DNA from: Terracidiphilus sp.
GTDB lineage: Bacteria > Acidobacteriota > Terriglobia > Terriglobales > Acidobacteriaceae
Length of the DNA stretch: 64,000 bases
NCBI GenBank assembly: GCA_049522175.1
Contig: JBEKOC010000001.1
Location: 137,752-201,751, forward strand
Direction of reading: 5' to 3'
Shown here piece after piece: positions 9,045 through 17,769 of this stretch; the stretch's first letter is position 1, and each line of letters starts with the position of its first letter. Below the pieces are notes generated by a model that saw nothing but the letters and a program-made list of their open reading frames with translations, had not been told where the DNA came from and ran no database searches. Made by a program: the position numbers and the translations under genes.

Positions 9045-9833
9045 TTAGTGGGTCAAATTGTTGACCTGGGAGTACATATCGTCAGCCGCCTTGATGACCT
9101 TGGAGTTCGATTCGTAGGCCCGCTGCGCCAGCACCATCTGCACAAACTCGGTGACCACGTCCACGTTCGAGTTCTCAAGGTACCCCTGCTGCAGCGTCCC
9201 CAAACCCTCGGTTCCTCCGGGGTTGCCCAGCACCGCATCCCCGCTGCTGAGCGTGGCCTGCAACAGGTTCGATCCCATGCTCTCCAAGCCCCCGGGGTTA
9301 GGAAAGGTCGCCAACTGAATCTGGCCCAGCTGCGAAGGGTTCTGCTGCCCCGGCAAGGTGGCGTTGACCACCCCGTACTGGGTGATGGTGACCGCCGTGG
9401 CATTGGCGGGAATCGTAATGGTGGGAATGATCGGGTCGCCGTCGGCGGTCACGATGGTTCCCTGACTGTTGAGTTGGAACTGGCCGGCGCGGGTGTATTG
9501 GATGGTTCCGTCGGGCCGCTGCACCTGAAAGAAGCCACTACCCTGAATGGCCACGTCCAGCGGGTTCGAGGTCTGGTTCAGCTCGCCCTGGGTCATGATC
9601 ACCTCGGTGGCCGCCGGCTTGGTGCCCAGACCGACCTGGAGTCCCGCCGAGACCGTCGACTGGCTCTGCGCTGCCCCCGGCACAACCAGATTCTGGTAGA
9701 CCATGTCCTGAAACTCCAGGCGCAACTGGCGAAATCCGGTGGTCGAGGAGTTGGCCAGGTTGTTGGCGATGGTGTCCAAGTTCAACTGCTGCGCGCTCAT
9801 GCCGCTGGCCGCTGTATACATTGCTCGAATCAT
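9045..9833 (-). CDS. flgG: Flagellar distal rod protein
   Basis: MIRAMYTAASGM...LDTIANNLAN; LENSNVDVVTEFVQMVLAQRAYESNSKVI. Confidence 0.96.
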   Translation of the reverse strand: MIRAMYTAASGMSAQQLNLDTIANNLANSSTTGFRQLRLEFQDMVYQNLVVPGAAQSQSTVSAGLQVGLGTKPAATEVIMTQGELNQTSNPLDVAIQGSGFFQVQRPDGTIQYTRAGQFQLNSQGTIVTADGDPIIPTITIPANATAVTITQYGVVNATLPGQQNPSQLGQIQLATFPNPGGLESMGSNLLQATLSSGDAVLGNPGGTEGLGTLQQGYLENSNVDVVTEFVQMVLAQRAYESNSKVIKAADDMYSQVNNLTH

Positions 9834-10022
9834 TGTGGCTCCTTCGTCGCCAGCTAACAGCTATCAGCTGGCAGCTAACAGTTCTCTGTTGCGGCAAACG
9901 GATTTCAGCGTCCGTTAGCCCGAATTGCCGATACAATCTTCACTACATGTCTCCGACTTCTCATTTCCGGCCACCGGCTATTCATTTCTGTCTGCTGTTA
10001 GCTGTCTGCTGATAGCTGTTTT

Positions 10023-10760
10023 TCACACCTTGGGCAGATCCTCGGTGGCGATTTTGTTGAACTCGTTGTGGAAGACGCTCAGCGCCCGCTGCATCATCTC
10101 GGCCTCGCGCTGCATCAGGACCAGGTTCAGAGACCCCTGGACCAGGCTCTGGTTGGCGGATTCCAGGGCGCCTTGGCGGACCGCGGCGCTCTTTGCCGCC
10201 ACCGGTGCCACTCCCTCGGGCGGAAAATAATGGTTGGCGCCCTCCGGGCTCATCTGCGTTCCGGCGGGAAAGGTAAAGACCCCGATGGTAGCCACCGCGC
10301 CGCCGGCCACCGAGAGCACGCCATCCACGCCCACCGTCACCTCGCCGGGTGGAACGGGAATCCGCTGGCCGGTCGCCGACAGCACTACATCGCCGGAATT
10401 CGTCACCAGCTGTCCGGCCGGGGTGCGATGAAAGCTGCCATCGCGGGTAAAGCGCGGCCCGTTGGGGGTCTGCACCATGAAAAAGCCTTGTCCCTCGATG
10501 GCCATATCGAGTGGATTGCCAGTAACCTGGAGTTCGCCCTGGCCCATGTTGAGCCGGTCGCCTCCCAGCAGGCCATAGTTGTTTACCGTTTGCCCCAACT
10601 GTGAGTCCTGGGCGTCAGGCCCCAGCAGCGCCGAGCGAAAGTACTCCTGCTCGGCCCGGTAGCCGGGGGTCGACGCATTGGCAAGATTGGTGGCCGCAAT
10701 ATCCATGGCCTGGGTACGCGTCACCAGCCCGGTCATCGCCGCATAGTATCCACTGTCCAT
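10023..10760 (-). CDS. flgF: Flagellar rod protein FlgF
   Basis: MDSGYYAAMTG...NLANASTPGYR; TGNPLDMAIEGQGFF; FTRDGSF; upstream of flgG. Confidence 0.9.
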   Translation of the reverse strand: MDSGYYAAMTGLVTRTQAMDIAATNLANASTPGYRAEQEYFRSALLGPDAQDSQLGQTVNNYGLLGGDRLNMGQGELQVTGNPLDMAIEGQGFFMVQTPNGPRFTRDGSFHRTPAGQLVTNSGDVVLSATGQRIPVPPGEVTVGVDGVLSVAGGAVATIGVFTFPAGTQMSPEGANHYFPPEGVAPVAAKSAAVRQGALESANQSLVQGSLNLVLMQREAEMMQRALSVFHNEFNKIATEDLPKV

Positions 10761-10855
10761 CGGCCACCCCACCTTGTGCATGGGAAGGTATTGCAGGTGG
10801 ATGACCGGAAGGGGTGCAGGAGTGATTAGAAGTGCATCATAATTGGATAAAAAAT

Positions 10856-10972
10856 AGGGATTAGGGACTAGGGACTAAGGGACTAGGGACTAAGGGACTA
10901 GGGACTAGGGACTAAGGGACTAGGAAATGGGGGATGGGGATAGTCCCTCCATCCCTTAGTCCCTCGTCCCTG
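10856..10972. repeat. Opposed heptamer arrays (9 AGGGAC-type units, then 4 GTCCCT-type units)
   Basis: Read directly from the sequence; located just after the cheX stop. Confidence 0.95.
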
Positions 10973-10974
10973 CT

Positions 10975-11475
10975 TTATTGCAGGCCATCGCAGATGATGG
11001 TGACTTCAAAGCTGGCGTTGTCGAACTTGAATGTGTGGTGGAGCTTGAACTCGGGAGCCTGCACGTGGATGTTGTAATCCCGCCCGCTGATCACGGTGGG
11101 AATCGACAGGCCGCAGTTGGCCGCCAGTTCCGGCACTTTGCCCTTCCACGCCCCGGCCAGCATATTGCAGATTTCGCCGATCCCGTCTTTGACGGTATCG
11201 TCCACCTCCACGAATTCCATGCCCGTCATGTGCGCGGCTATCTTGATGGCCGTCGAGGCCCCGCTGCGGAAGACGCAGGCCCCGCTCAGCAGGCCGCCAA
11301 AGCCCACCACCGCGGTCACCGACTCCGGCTCTACGTTCTCCACTGCTCCCGAGTAGCGCTGGCAGTCGACCCCCAGCATCATCCTGAAGACCTCCTCCAC
11401 GCTGGCATCCAGATTCCTGGGATCGGAGACCAGATGCACGGACTCCCGCAATGAACACGTCATCGTTCGCTCCAT
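10975..11475 (-). CDS. cheX: Chemotaxis phosphatase CheX
   Basis: VTAVVGFGGLLSGACVF; DGIGEICNMLAG (E-x2-N motif); SIPTVISG. Confidence 0.9.
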   Translation of the reverse strand: MERTMTCSLRESVHLVSDPRNLDASVEEVFRMMLGVDCQRYSGAVENVEPESVTAVVGFGGLLSGACVFRSGASTAIKIAAHMTGMEFVEVDDTVKDGIGEICNMLAGAWKGKVPELAANCGLSIPTVISGRDYNIHVQAPEFKLHHTFKFDNASFEVTIICDGLQ

Positions 11476-11553
11476 TTCCTTATTGCCGCTGCCCCCTGCT
11501 GTCGCTATCGCGGCCCTGCGCACACCGATTAACAACACACCGTCGCCTCCCGG

Positions 11554-11937
11554 CTACGCCGCATTCAGCAACGGCAGCACCCGCTCCTTCACCTGCTCGG
11601 CCGTGAACGGTTTGCGGATGTAGCCTTGCGCCCCGGCCAGGATGGCCTGCTTGACGCGCTCTTCGCTCGACTCGGTGGTAATCATCACCACCGGAACGCC
11701 GGGAGCCAGTTTCTGCGCCCGGATCTGGCGCAGGAACTCCAGCCCATCCATCACCGGCATATTGATATCGGAGAGAATCAAGTCCACCTGCTGGCCCTTC
11801 AACACATCCAACCCTTCGATGCCGCTGCCGGCCTCGAAGATCACCAGCGGCTCCAGACCAGCCTGGCGGAGAGAACGCTCTACAATCTTGCGCATCACCG
11901 AGGAATCGTCAACAATCAGGGTCCGAACTTCATTCAT
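11554..11937 (-). CDS. cheY: Single-domain response regulator, CheY-like
   Basis: LIVDDSSVMRKIV; LILSDINMPVMDG; MITTE; YIRKPFT. Confidence 0.88.
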   Translation of the reverse strand: MNEVRTLIVDDSSVMRKIVERSLRQAGLEPLVIFEAGSGIEGLDVLKGQQVDLILSDINMPVMDGLEFLRQIRAQKLAPGVPVVMITTESSEERVKQAILAGAQGYIRKPFTAEQVKERVLPLLNAA

Positions 11938-11961
11938 GCCTGGGCTCCTCCGCTGGTATGC

Positions 11962-11988
11962 CTATCGGCTTTTCCGGTTAATGCTTGA
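11962..11988 (-). promoter_or_regulatory. sigma28-type promoter of cheY-cheX
   Basis: TCAA(G)-N15-GCCGATAG on the minus strand, 25 nt upstream of the cheY ATG. Confidence 0.7.
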
Positions 11989-12021
11989 GAATCCTTGCCC
12001 CATCGTCCCCCGGTCTCCGCT

Positions 12022-13002
12022 TCAGTGCACCCCAATCGAGCAGATCAGGTCCTGGATCGAGTCGTGCTCCGGCATCGGTCCGCTCTGCGGCCGGCGCCAC
12101 ATCCTGAGCCACAGGCAGTCATGAACCCTCGCCAACCGGGACTCGACCGGCCGCACCCGTTCGATGGTTTTTGCAAAGGCATGCGCCACCGCCGACTCCG
12201 AGACAGCCTCCATCAACTCCACGGCGGGAAACTTCGCGCTCAGCATGCGGGCGTGCGCCGGGCCAAACTGCGACTCCTGCACCAGCCCGCTCTCCACCTG
12301 CAGATCGCTCATCCGCTCCACGGCCAGGGCCAAAATTGGGTCCAGAAGGTCTTCAAATCCCATATACAGGAGCCGGCCCGCGGCCACGCGTAGCGGCAGA
12401 GCTCCAAAAGCGTCTACAAACAGCCGGGGCACCAGAACGGCCAGCGCCTCGGCGTCGTGAAATTCCAGCGGCAGCACCGGGCAGCTCCACTGCAAACCCA
12501 GCGCCCGAGTAATCAGTTGCTCGCTCACTCCCTGCTGACGCACCAGCCAGCTGCCCAGCCGCCCGGCTTTGGCCAGCCGTTGCGCCTCCAGCGCAAGGCG
12601 CAACTGCCGGGAGGTAATCCAGCCCTGTTCGAGCATCACCAGGCCGAGCGGAATGCGATGCTGATGACTCTCCTGCGCGACCCCCCGGCTGTCCAGCTCG
12701 CGGCGCACCGCGGCCGACACCTGAGCCGCCGTGCAGCGTGCCGAGCAACTCCAGCCTCCCTCAAAGACCGGCGCCCCGCGGCTGCGCCACAGGTGCAGCC
12801 AGCCGGAGCTGCAATCGGGATTGGCGCAGGTTTCAAACAGGGCGCTGCGCACTCTGCTCTGCTCCCCCACGGCTCTGCCGGCCAGCGCCTCCGCGCCCTG
12901 GGCCTGCCTCTCACGATAGGTTGCGTTTAAGAGCGCCGGCCGGATTGGCCCGGTCAATGCCCGGCCCTGGTCCCCGCCCTGGTCCCGGCTCAGAAGAGGC
13001 AT
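12022..13002 (-). CDS. Stand-alone MshEN/T2SSE_N-like domain protein with N-terminal Cys4 cluster; no ATPase domain
   Basis: Tandem motifs PLGLVMLEQGWITSRQLRLALEAQ and RLGSWLVRQQGVSEQLITRALGLQ; C59/C64/C86/C90; overlaps the fliN stop. Confidence 0.75.
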   Translation of the reverse strand: MPLLSRDQGGDQGRALTGPIRPALLNATYRERQAQGAEALAGRAVGEQSRVRSALFETCANPDCSSGWLHLWRSRGAPVFEGGWSCSARCTAAQVSAAVRRELDSRGVAQESHQHRIPLGLVMLEQGWITSRQLRLALEAQRLAKAGRLGSWLVRQQGVSEQLITRALGLQWSCPVLPLEFHDAEALAVLVPRLFVDAFGALPLRVAAGRLLYMGFEDLLDPILALAVERMSDLQVESGLVQESQFGPAHARMLSAKFPAVELMEAVSESAVAHAFAKTIERVRPVESRLARVHDCLWLRMWRRPQSGPMPEHDSIQDLICSIGVH

Positions 13003-13733
13003 CGGATGCTCTCCAGACGCTTTCTGGGCGATGCCACCTCGGTTACCCGCAAGCCAAAGTTGCCGTTGACCAGCACCACCTCGCCGCAGGCCACGATCTT
13101 GTCGCCGACGATCAGGTCCACCGGGTCGGTTACATTGCGATCCAGCTGCACCACATCTCCGGGGCCGAGATCGAGAATCTCGCCCAGCGGCATCTCCTTG
13201 CAGCCAAAGCGCAGCGAAACCTCCAGCTCGACATCCAGCAGCAAATTGATGCCCGGGCTGATGCCCGCCGAAGGCGCCGGGGGATCGGCCGATGGCGCTG
13301 GCTGATGGGCCGCTGCTTTGGGCGTGCGCGTTTCATCGCGCACCAGAATCGTAAAAACGCGCTCGCCGGACTTCAACTGGAAGGCGCTGGAGACTTTGCT
13401 CTCTCCGGCAATCTCCTCGAACTTCTCCACCCGGCATTTTTTCCCGGTCTTGGCCAGCAGCTCCCCGGCCGCGGCGTTGGCCACCTCTTTCAGAATCTCG
13501 GCCCAGCCAGCCTTCTGGTCCACGCCCTCGCCCACCAGCGTTGTTTCCAGAATCGCGGGGTCCAGGACCACGCTGAAGCGGCCCTCCACATCCCCCGCGA
13601 GGGTGGCGGCAAAACCGAAGGCGTCCGCCGCCAGGGGTTTGGGCAACGACTCGGCCAGCTCCGGCTCTCCGGCCAGCGCCTGGGAGAACAGGGCGGTCGC
13701 GGCCGCGGTCCAGCACTCCAGATAGCTCTTCAT
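12990..13733 (-). CDS. fliN: Flagellar motor switch protein FliN with N-terminal extension
   Basis: C-terminal SpoA domain INLLLDVELEVSLRFG...LDLGPGDVVQLD...GEVVLVNGNFGLRVTEV. Confidence 0.9.
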   Translation of the reverse strand: MKSYLECWTAAATALFSQALAGEPELAESLPKPLAADAFGFAATLAGDVEGRFSVVLDPAILETTLVGEGVDQKAGWAEILKEVANAAAGELLAKTGKKCRVEKFEEIAGESKVSSAFQLKSGERVFTILVRDETRTPKAAAHQPAPSADPPAPSAGISPGINLLLDVELEVSLRFGCKEMPLGEILDLGPGDVVQLDRNVTDPVDLIVGDKIVACGEVVLVNGNFGLRVTEVASPRKRLESIRCLF

Positions 13734-14692
13734 AACTGTGCCTCATCAACCTGCCGTTCGATGCGGGCGGCACGGTGCGCTCCCTGCCGAATGGCCTGCG
13801 CCAGCGAGAGCGCCTGGCCGCCGACCCTCCATTCCGAGAGGGTGTTGGCGGCCAGGTCCAGGCGCAGAACCGTTCCCGGCTCCAGATTTTCAATAGCGCT
13901 GGCCGCCATCCGCACCGCGGGCAGTTGCAGCGAGGCGCCAAAACGAATGCGGCGCGCCGCGGCCTCCATGCGCGCCCGCGTCTCGCCTCCATGGCGGCGG
14001 CGCCGGGCCCAGTCCGAGGTCAGCCGGCGCAGGATGGTGTTGGCCACCACCGCCGGAAAAGCCAGGTTGAGCAATCCCGAGCTGTGCGGCATGCGAATTT
14101 CGAAGCTCAGGCAGAGTGTCTTTTCCGTTACCGACATGATGCGCGCCACCTGAGTCTGCATCTGGCGGCGCTCGAAGTTGAAGCTCAGCCCCACCGGCTG
14201 CCAGGCCGCAGTCAACTCCCGGCAGATAATCTCCACTACGCTGGCCAGAATCGACTCTTCGATGTCGGTCAGCTCGCGCAACGGGCCATCCCGGCCCTCG
14301 CCGCCCAGCAGCAGATCGATAATCGGAGGAGCCAGGGCCAGGTCCAGCTGCAGGACCGCAATCGCGCCCAGCGGCTCCATGCGCACCGAGGCCACATAGC
14401 TGATCTCGGGAATGCGCAGCAGAAATTCGTTGAAGGGAATCTGTTCGGCTGAGACCAGGTTGACCTGAAAGCGTGTGCGCAGCCAGGCGGCCAGGTTATG
14501 CGTCAGGTTGCGGGCAAACAGGTCGTTCAACATGCTGATGGCGCGCAACTGGTCGGTCGAGATCTGGCCTGCGGAGGAAAAATTGTAGGCGACAACCCGA
14601 GCCCGCACCTCGGCCTTCTGCGCCTCGGGCGTGGAACTGAGCGCCGCCTGAAACAGGGCGTCAATTTCGTTCTGCTTGAGCGTCTTTTCCAT
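13730..14692 (-). CDS. fliM: Flagellar motor switch protein FliM
   Basis: KTLKQNEIDALF CheY-binding N-terminus; IIDLLLGGEG; LRELTDIEESIL; C-terminal SpoA domain. Confidence 0.93.
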   Translation of the reverse strand: MEKTLKQNEIDALFQAALSSTPEAQKAEVRARVVAYNFSSAGQISTDQLRAISMLNDLFARNLTHNLAAWLRTRFQVNLVSAEQIPFNEFLLRIPEISYVASVRMEPLGAIAVLQLDLALAPPIIDLLLGGEGRDGPLRELTDIEESILASVVEIICRELTAAWQPVGLSFNFERRQMQTQVARIMSVTEKTLCLSFEIRMPHSSGLLNLAFPAVVANTILRRLTSDWARRRRHGGETRARMEAAARRIRFGASLQLPAVRMAASAIENLEPGTVLRLDLAANTLSEWRVGGQALSLAQAIRQGAHRAARIERQVDEAQL

Positions 14693-14733
14693 TCTTGTCT
14701 ATCCCTGTTCCCTAGTCCCTGTTCCCTGTTTTC

Positions 14734-15591
14734 TTAGCGCCGCTCCCGTTCCGCCGCTTTTTGCGTGCGCGGCCGCTCAAATGCCCCGCGCGCCGCCAGG
14801 TCCTTGAGCGCGCCCCGCAGATGCACCACCGCCGAAGCATGCACCTGCGAGACTCGCGACTCGACCACCCCCAGCGCCAAACCGATTTCGTGCATGGTCA
14901 TCTCCTCGTAGTAGTACAGGCTCATCACCAGGCGCTCCCGGTCAGGCAGATTCTGAATGGCCTCGGCCAGCCTCTCTTCCAGCTCGCCCCGGAGGCAGCA
15001 AAACAGCGGGTCTTCCTCCGGGCGGCCCGGAATATAGGCCAGCTCCTCCTCACCCGAGTCCTCGTTGCGCTCCATGTGCAGGGTGCCGATCTCCAAGCCC
15101 TTCAAGTCCCCCAGCAACTGCTGGTACTCGTCCAGTTCCAGCGCCATCTCCACGGCCACCTCGGCCTCGTCCGGCGTGTGTCCCATCCGGGCCGACAACA
15201 CCCGGATGGCCTCTTCCACCGCGCGGCCCTTCCGGCGCAGTTCGCGCGGACTCCAGTCTAGCGTTCGCAGGCTGTCCAGAATCGCTCCTCGGATGCGGAA
15301 CTGCGCATAGGATCGGAACTGAACCTTTTTGGCCGGGTCAAATTTCGAAAAGGCGTCCATCAAGCCAACCACCCCGGCCGAGACCAGGTCCTCGATGTCC
15401 ACATGCTGGGGCAGCCGCTCGTGAATGCGGCGGGCCAGAAAGCGCACGATCGGCAGGTGCTCAAGCAGCACCCGCTCCTGCTCGCTGGTCAACACCGGCA
15501 GCTGGGCGCCGCTGGGCGGATAGCCGTCCCCCGGGACACTGCGCCGCGGCGCCCTCTGGCTGGCCACCGTATTGACCGCTTCGCTCCCCAT
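14734..15591 (-). CDS. fliA: RNA polymerase sigma-28 factor
   Basis: DLVSAGVVGLMDAFSKFDP...YAQFRIRGAILDSLRTLDW; LYYYEEMTMHEIGLALGVVESRVSQ. Confidence 0.95.
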   Translation of the reverse strand: MGSEAVNTVASQRAPRRSVPGDGYPPSGAQLPVLTSEQERVLLEHLPIVRFLARRIHERLPQHVDIEDLVSAGVVGLMDAFSKFDPAKKVQFRSYAQFRIRGAILDSLRTLDWSPRELRRKGRAVEEAIRVLSARMGHTPDEAEVAVEMALELDEYQQLLGDLKGLEIGTLHMERNEDSGEEELAYIPGRPEEDPLFCCLRGELEERLAEAIQNLPDRERLVMSLYYYEEMTMHEIGLALGVVESRVSQVHASAVVHLRGALKDLAARGAFERPRTQKAAERERR

Positions 15592-15657
15592 CCCCGCCTC
15601 TTTTTTGAAACCTCTAACCTGGCTCAGTTGGCTAACTTTCTTTCAATCTCCAAACTC

Positions 15658-17769
15658 TCAGCGCACCGTTCCCACCGGACGCAGGCGAATCTCCGCGGGA
15701 ATCTCACTGGCGGCCACCACCGCCAGACGAGGCATCACCGGCTCCAGCCAGCGCTTGACGTGGTAGCGGGCAGGACTAGGGCATAAAAGCACGGGGAGTG
15801 CCGCGGCGGAGGCGGAGGGGATAAGCCGCCTCAAAGAATCGGCCAGGCGGCGAACCACGGGAGTTCCCGGCGTCGAGCCTGCGGAGAGCATTCTCTGTCC
15901 GGTCTCCGGCGAAAGCGTGGCCAGAATCTCTTCTTCCAGCGCCCCATCGAGCAGCAGAACGGGCAACTGGCCATCGCTGTCGAGCAGCGGCTGGATCAGA
16001 CGCCGGCCCAGCGCCTGGCGCGCGGCCTCCACCAGCGCGACTACTCCCTTGTTGACCGGCGCGGTCTCCAGCATGGATTCCAGAATCGCGCCCAGGTCGC
16101 GAATCGAGACCCGCTCGCGCAGCAGTTGTTCCAGCACCTTTTGCACCTCGCCCAGGGTGAGCAGCTTGGGCACCATCTCCTCCAGCAGCTTGGGATGACT
16201 CTCGTTGAGCGCGTCCATCAGACGCTTGGTCTCCGAGCGGCCCAGCAGCTCCCATGCGTGGCGGCGGATCAGCTCTCCCAGATGGGTGGTGATTACCGTG
16301 ACCGCGTCCACCACCGAGTAGCCGGCGGCGATGGCCTGATCCTCCAGCGATGGATCGATCCAGATGGCGGGCACCCCGAAGGCCGGCTCCCGCGCTTCCC
16401 GGCCGGCCAAGGGACGGCTGTTGGGGTCGCTGGAGACGGCCAGTAACAGCGTCCCTTCCGTCTGCCAACGGCCGATCTCCATGCCTCGCAAGCTGAACAG
16501 ATACTCGCGCGGCTTGAGGCGCAGATTGTCGCTGATGTGTACCGGAGGAACCAGAAAGCCCATCTCCGCGGAGAGATGACGGCGCAGCGAGCGCACCCGG
16601 TTCAGTAGTTGCCCGCCCTGTTTCTCGTCCACCAGCGGAATCAGTTGAAAACCAATCTCCAGGGTCAGCTCTTCCAGGCGCAGCAGGTTGGCGAGATCCG
16701 TGTTCTGCGCCTCGCCGGCCTTCTTCTTTTCGCCTGCGCCCGTCTCGGCAGCTGGCGGCGGAGCTGCGGCGGCGCTGGCCGCCACCCGGCGTCCGGCAAA
16801 AAACAGTATGGCCGCCACGCCCAGAAACGCTAGCTTGGGCAAGCCCGGAATCAGGCACATGGCCGCCGATACCAGACTGGCCACGTAGAGGGTGACCGGC
16901 TTGGCCAGCAGTTGGGAACGGATCTCGCTGCCCAGCACGCCGGCCGAGTTGGCGCGGGTCAGCGTGATGCCTCCGGCCACCGAGACCAGCAGCGAGGGGA
17001 TGATGGTGACCAGCCCGTCGCCCACCGTCAGCACCGTGTAGGTGCGCGCCGCCTCGCCCAGCTCGATGCCCTGCTGCAGGGTGCCGATCAGCAGGCCGGC
17101 GATGATGTTGATGCCGGTGATCAGAATCGTGGCCAGCGAATCCCGCTGGTTGAAGCGCGCCGCCCCGTCCATCGCCCCGTAGAACTCCGCCTCGCGGGCA
17201 ATCGCCTGGCGGCGCCGGCGAGCCTCCTGCTCGTCGATCAGCCCGGCGTTCATGTCGGCGTCGATAGCCATCTGCTTGCCCGGCAATGCATCCAGCGTGA
17301 AACGCGCCGTCACTTCGGCGGTGCGGACGGCCCCGTGCGAGACCACCAAAAACTGAATGGCGATCAGGGCCAGAAAGATCACGAAGCCGACTACATAGTT
17401 CCCCCCCACCACAAACTGGCCGAAGGCCTGAATCACCTGGCCCGCCGCCGCCGTGCCCTCCTGCCCGTGCAGCAGAATGCGGCGGCTCGAGGCGATGTTC
17501 AGCGCCAGCCGGAAGAGCGTCAGCAGAAGCAGCAGGGTGGGAAAGACGCTCAGCTCGACAGCGCGGCGAATCTGCACCGCGGAGAGGAAGACAATGATCG
17601 AGGCGGCCATCGACAGGGTCAGCAGAATGTCCAGCCCGGCGGCCGGCAGCGGCACCAGCATGACGAAGATCACGCTGATGGTCACCAGCGGCAGCACGTA
17701 CTCGCGCAGCCGGTGCAGGATCGAGCCCGCTGCGGGCATGGCGCTGGTGGGCAGGGCGGTAGTGCTCAT
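15658..17769 (-). CDS. flhA: Flagellar export gate protein FlhA
   Basis: RTAEVTARFTLDALPGKQMAIDADMNAG; FYGAMDGA; 703 aa. Confidence 0.97.
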   Translation of the reverse strand: MSTTALPTSAMPAAGSILHRLREYVLPLVTISVIFVMLVPLPAAGLDILLTLSMAASIIVFLSAVQIRRAVELSVFPTLLLLLTLFRLALNIASSRRILLHGQEGTAAAGQVIQAFGQFVVGGNYVVGFVIFLALIAIQFLVVSHGAVRTAEVTARFTLDALPGKQMAIDADMNAGLIDEQEARRRRQAIAREAEFYGAMDGAARFNQRDSLATILITGINIIAGLLIGTLQQGIELGEAARTYTVLTVGDGLVTIIPSLLVSVAGGITLTRANSAGVLGSEIRSQLLAKPVTLYVASLVSAAMCLIPGLPKLAFLGVAAILFFAGRRVAASAAAAPPPAAETGAGEKKKAGEAQNTDLANLLRLEELTLEIGFQLIPLVDEKQGGQLLNRVRSLRRHLSAEMGFLVPPVHISDNLRLKPREYLFSLRGMEIGRWQTEGTLLLAVSSDPNSRPLAGREAREPAFGVPAIWIDPSLEDQAIAAGYSVVDAVTVITTHLGELIRRHAWELLGRSETKRLMDALNESHPKLLEEMVPKLLTLGEVQKVLEQLLRERVSIRDLGAILESMLETAPVNKGVVALVEAARQALGRRLIQPLLDSDGQLPVLLLDGALEEEILATLSPETGQRMLSAGSTPGTPVVRRLADSLRRLIPSASAAALPVLLCPSPARYHVKRWLEPVMPRLAVVAASEIPAEIRLRPVGTVR

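Noticed and set aside
9921-9933. 13-mer CGAATTGCCGATA shared with 48399-48411
   Set aside because: A single distant 13-mer match is expected by chance in 64 kb and has no shared context
7696-10972. Heptamer arrays as possible CRISPR repeats
   Set aside because: The units are 7 bp and directly tandem, with no unique spacers and no cas genes
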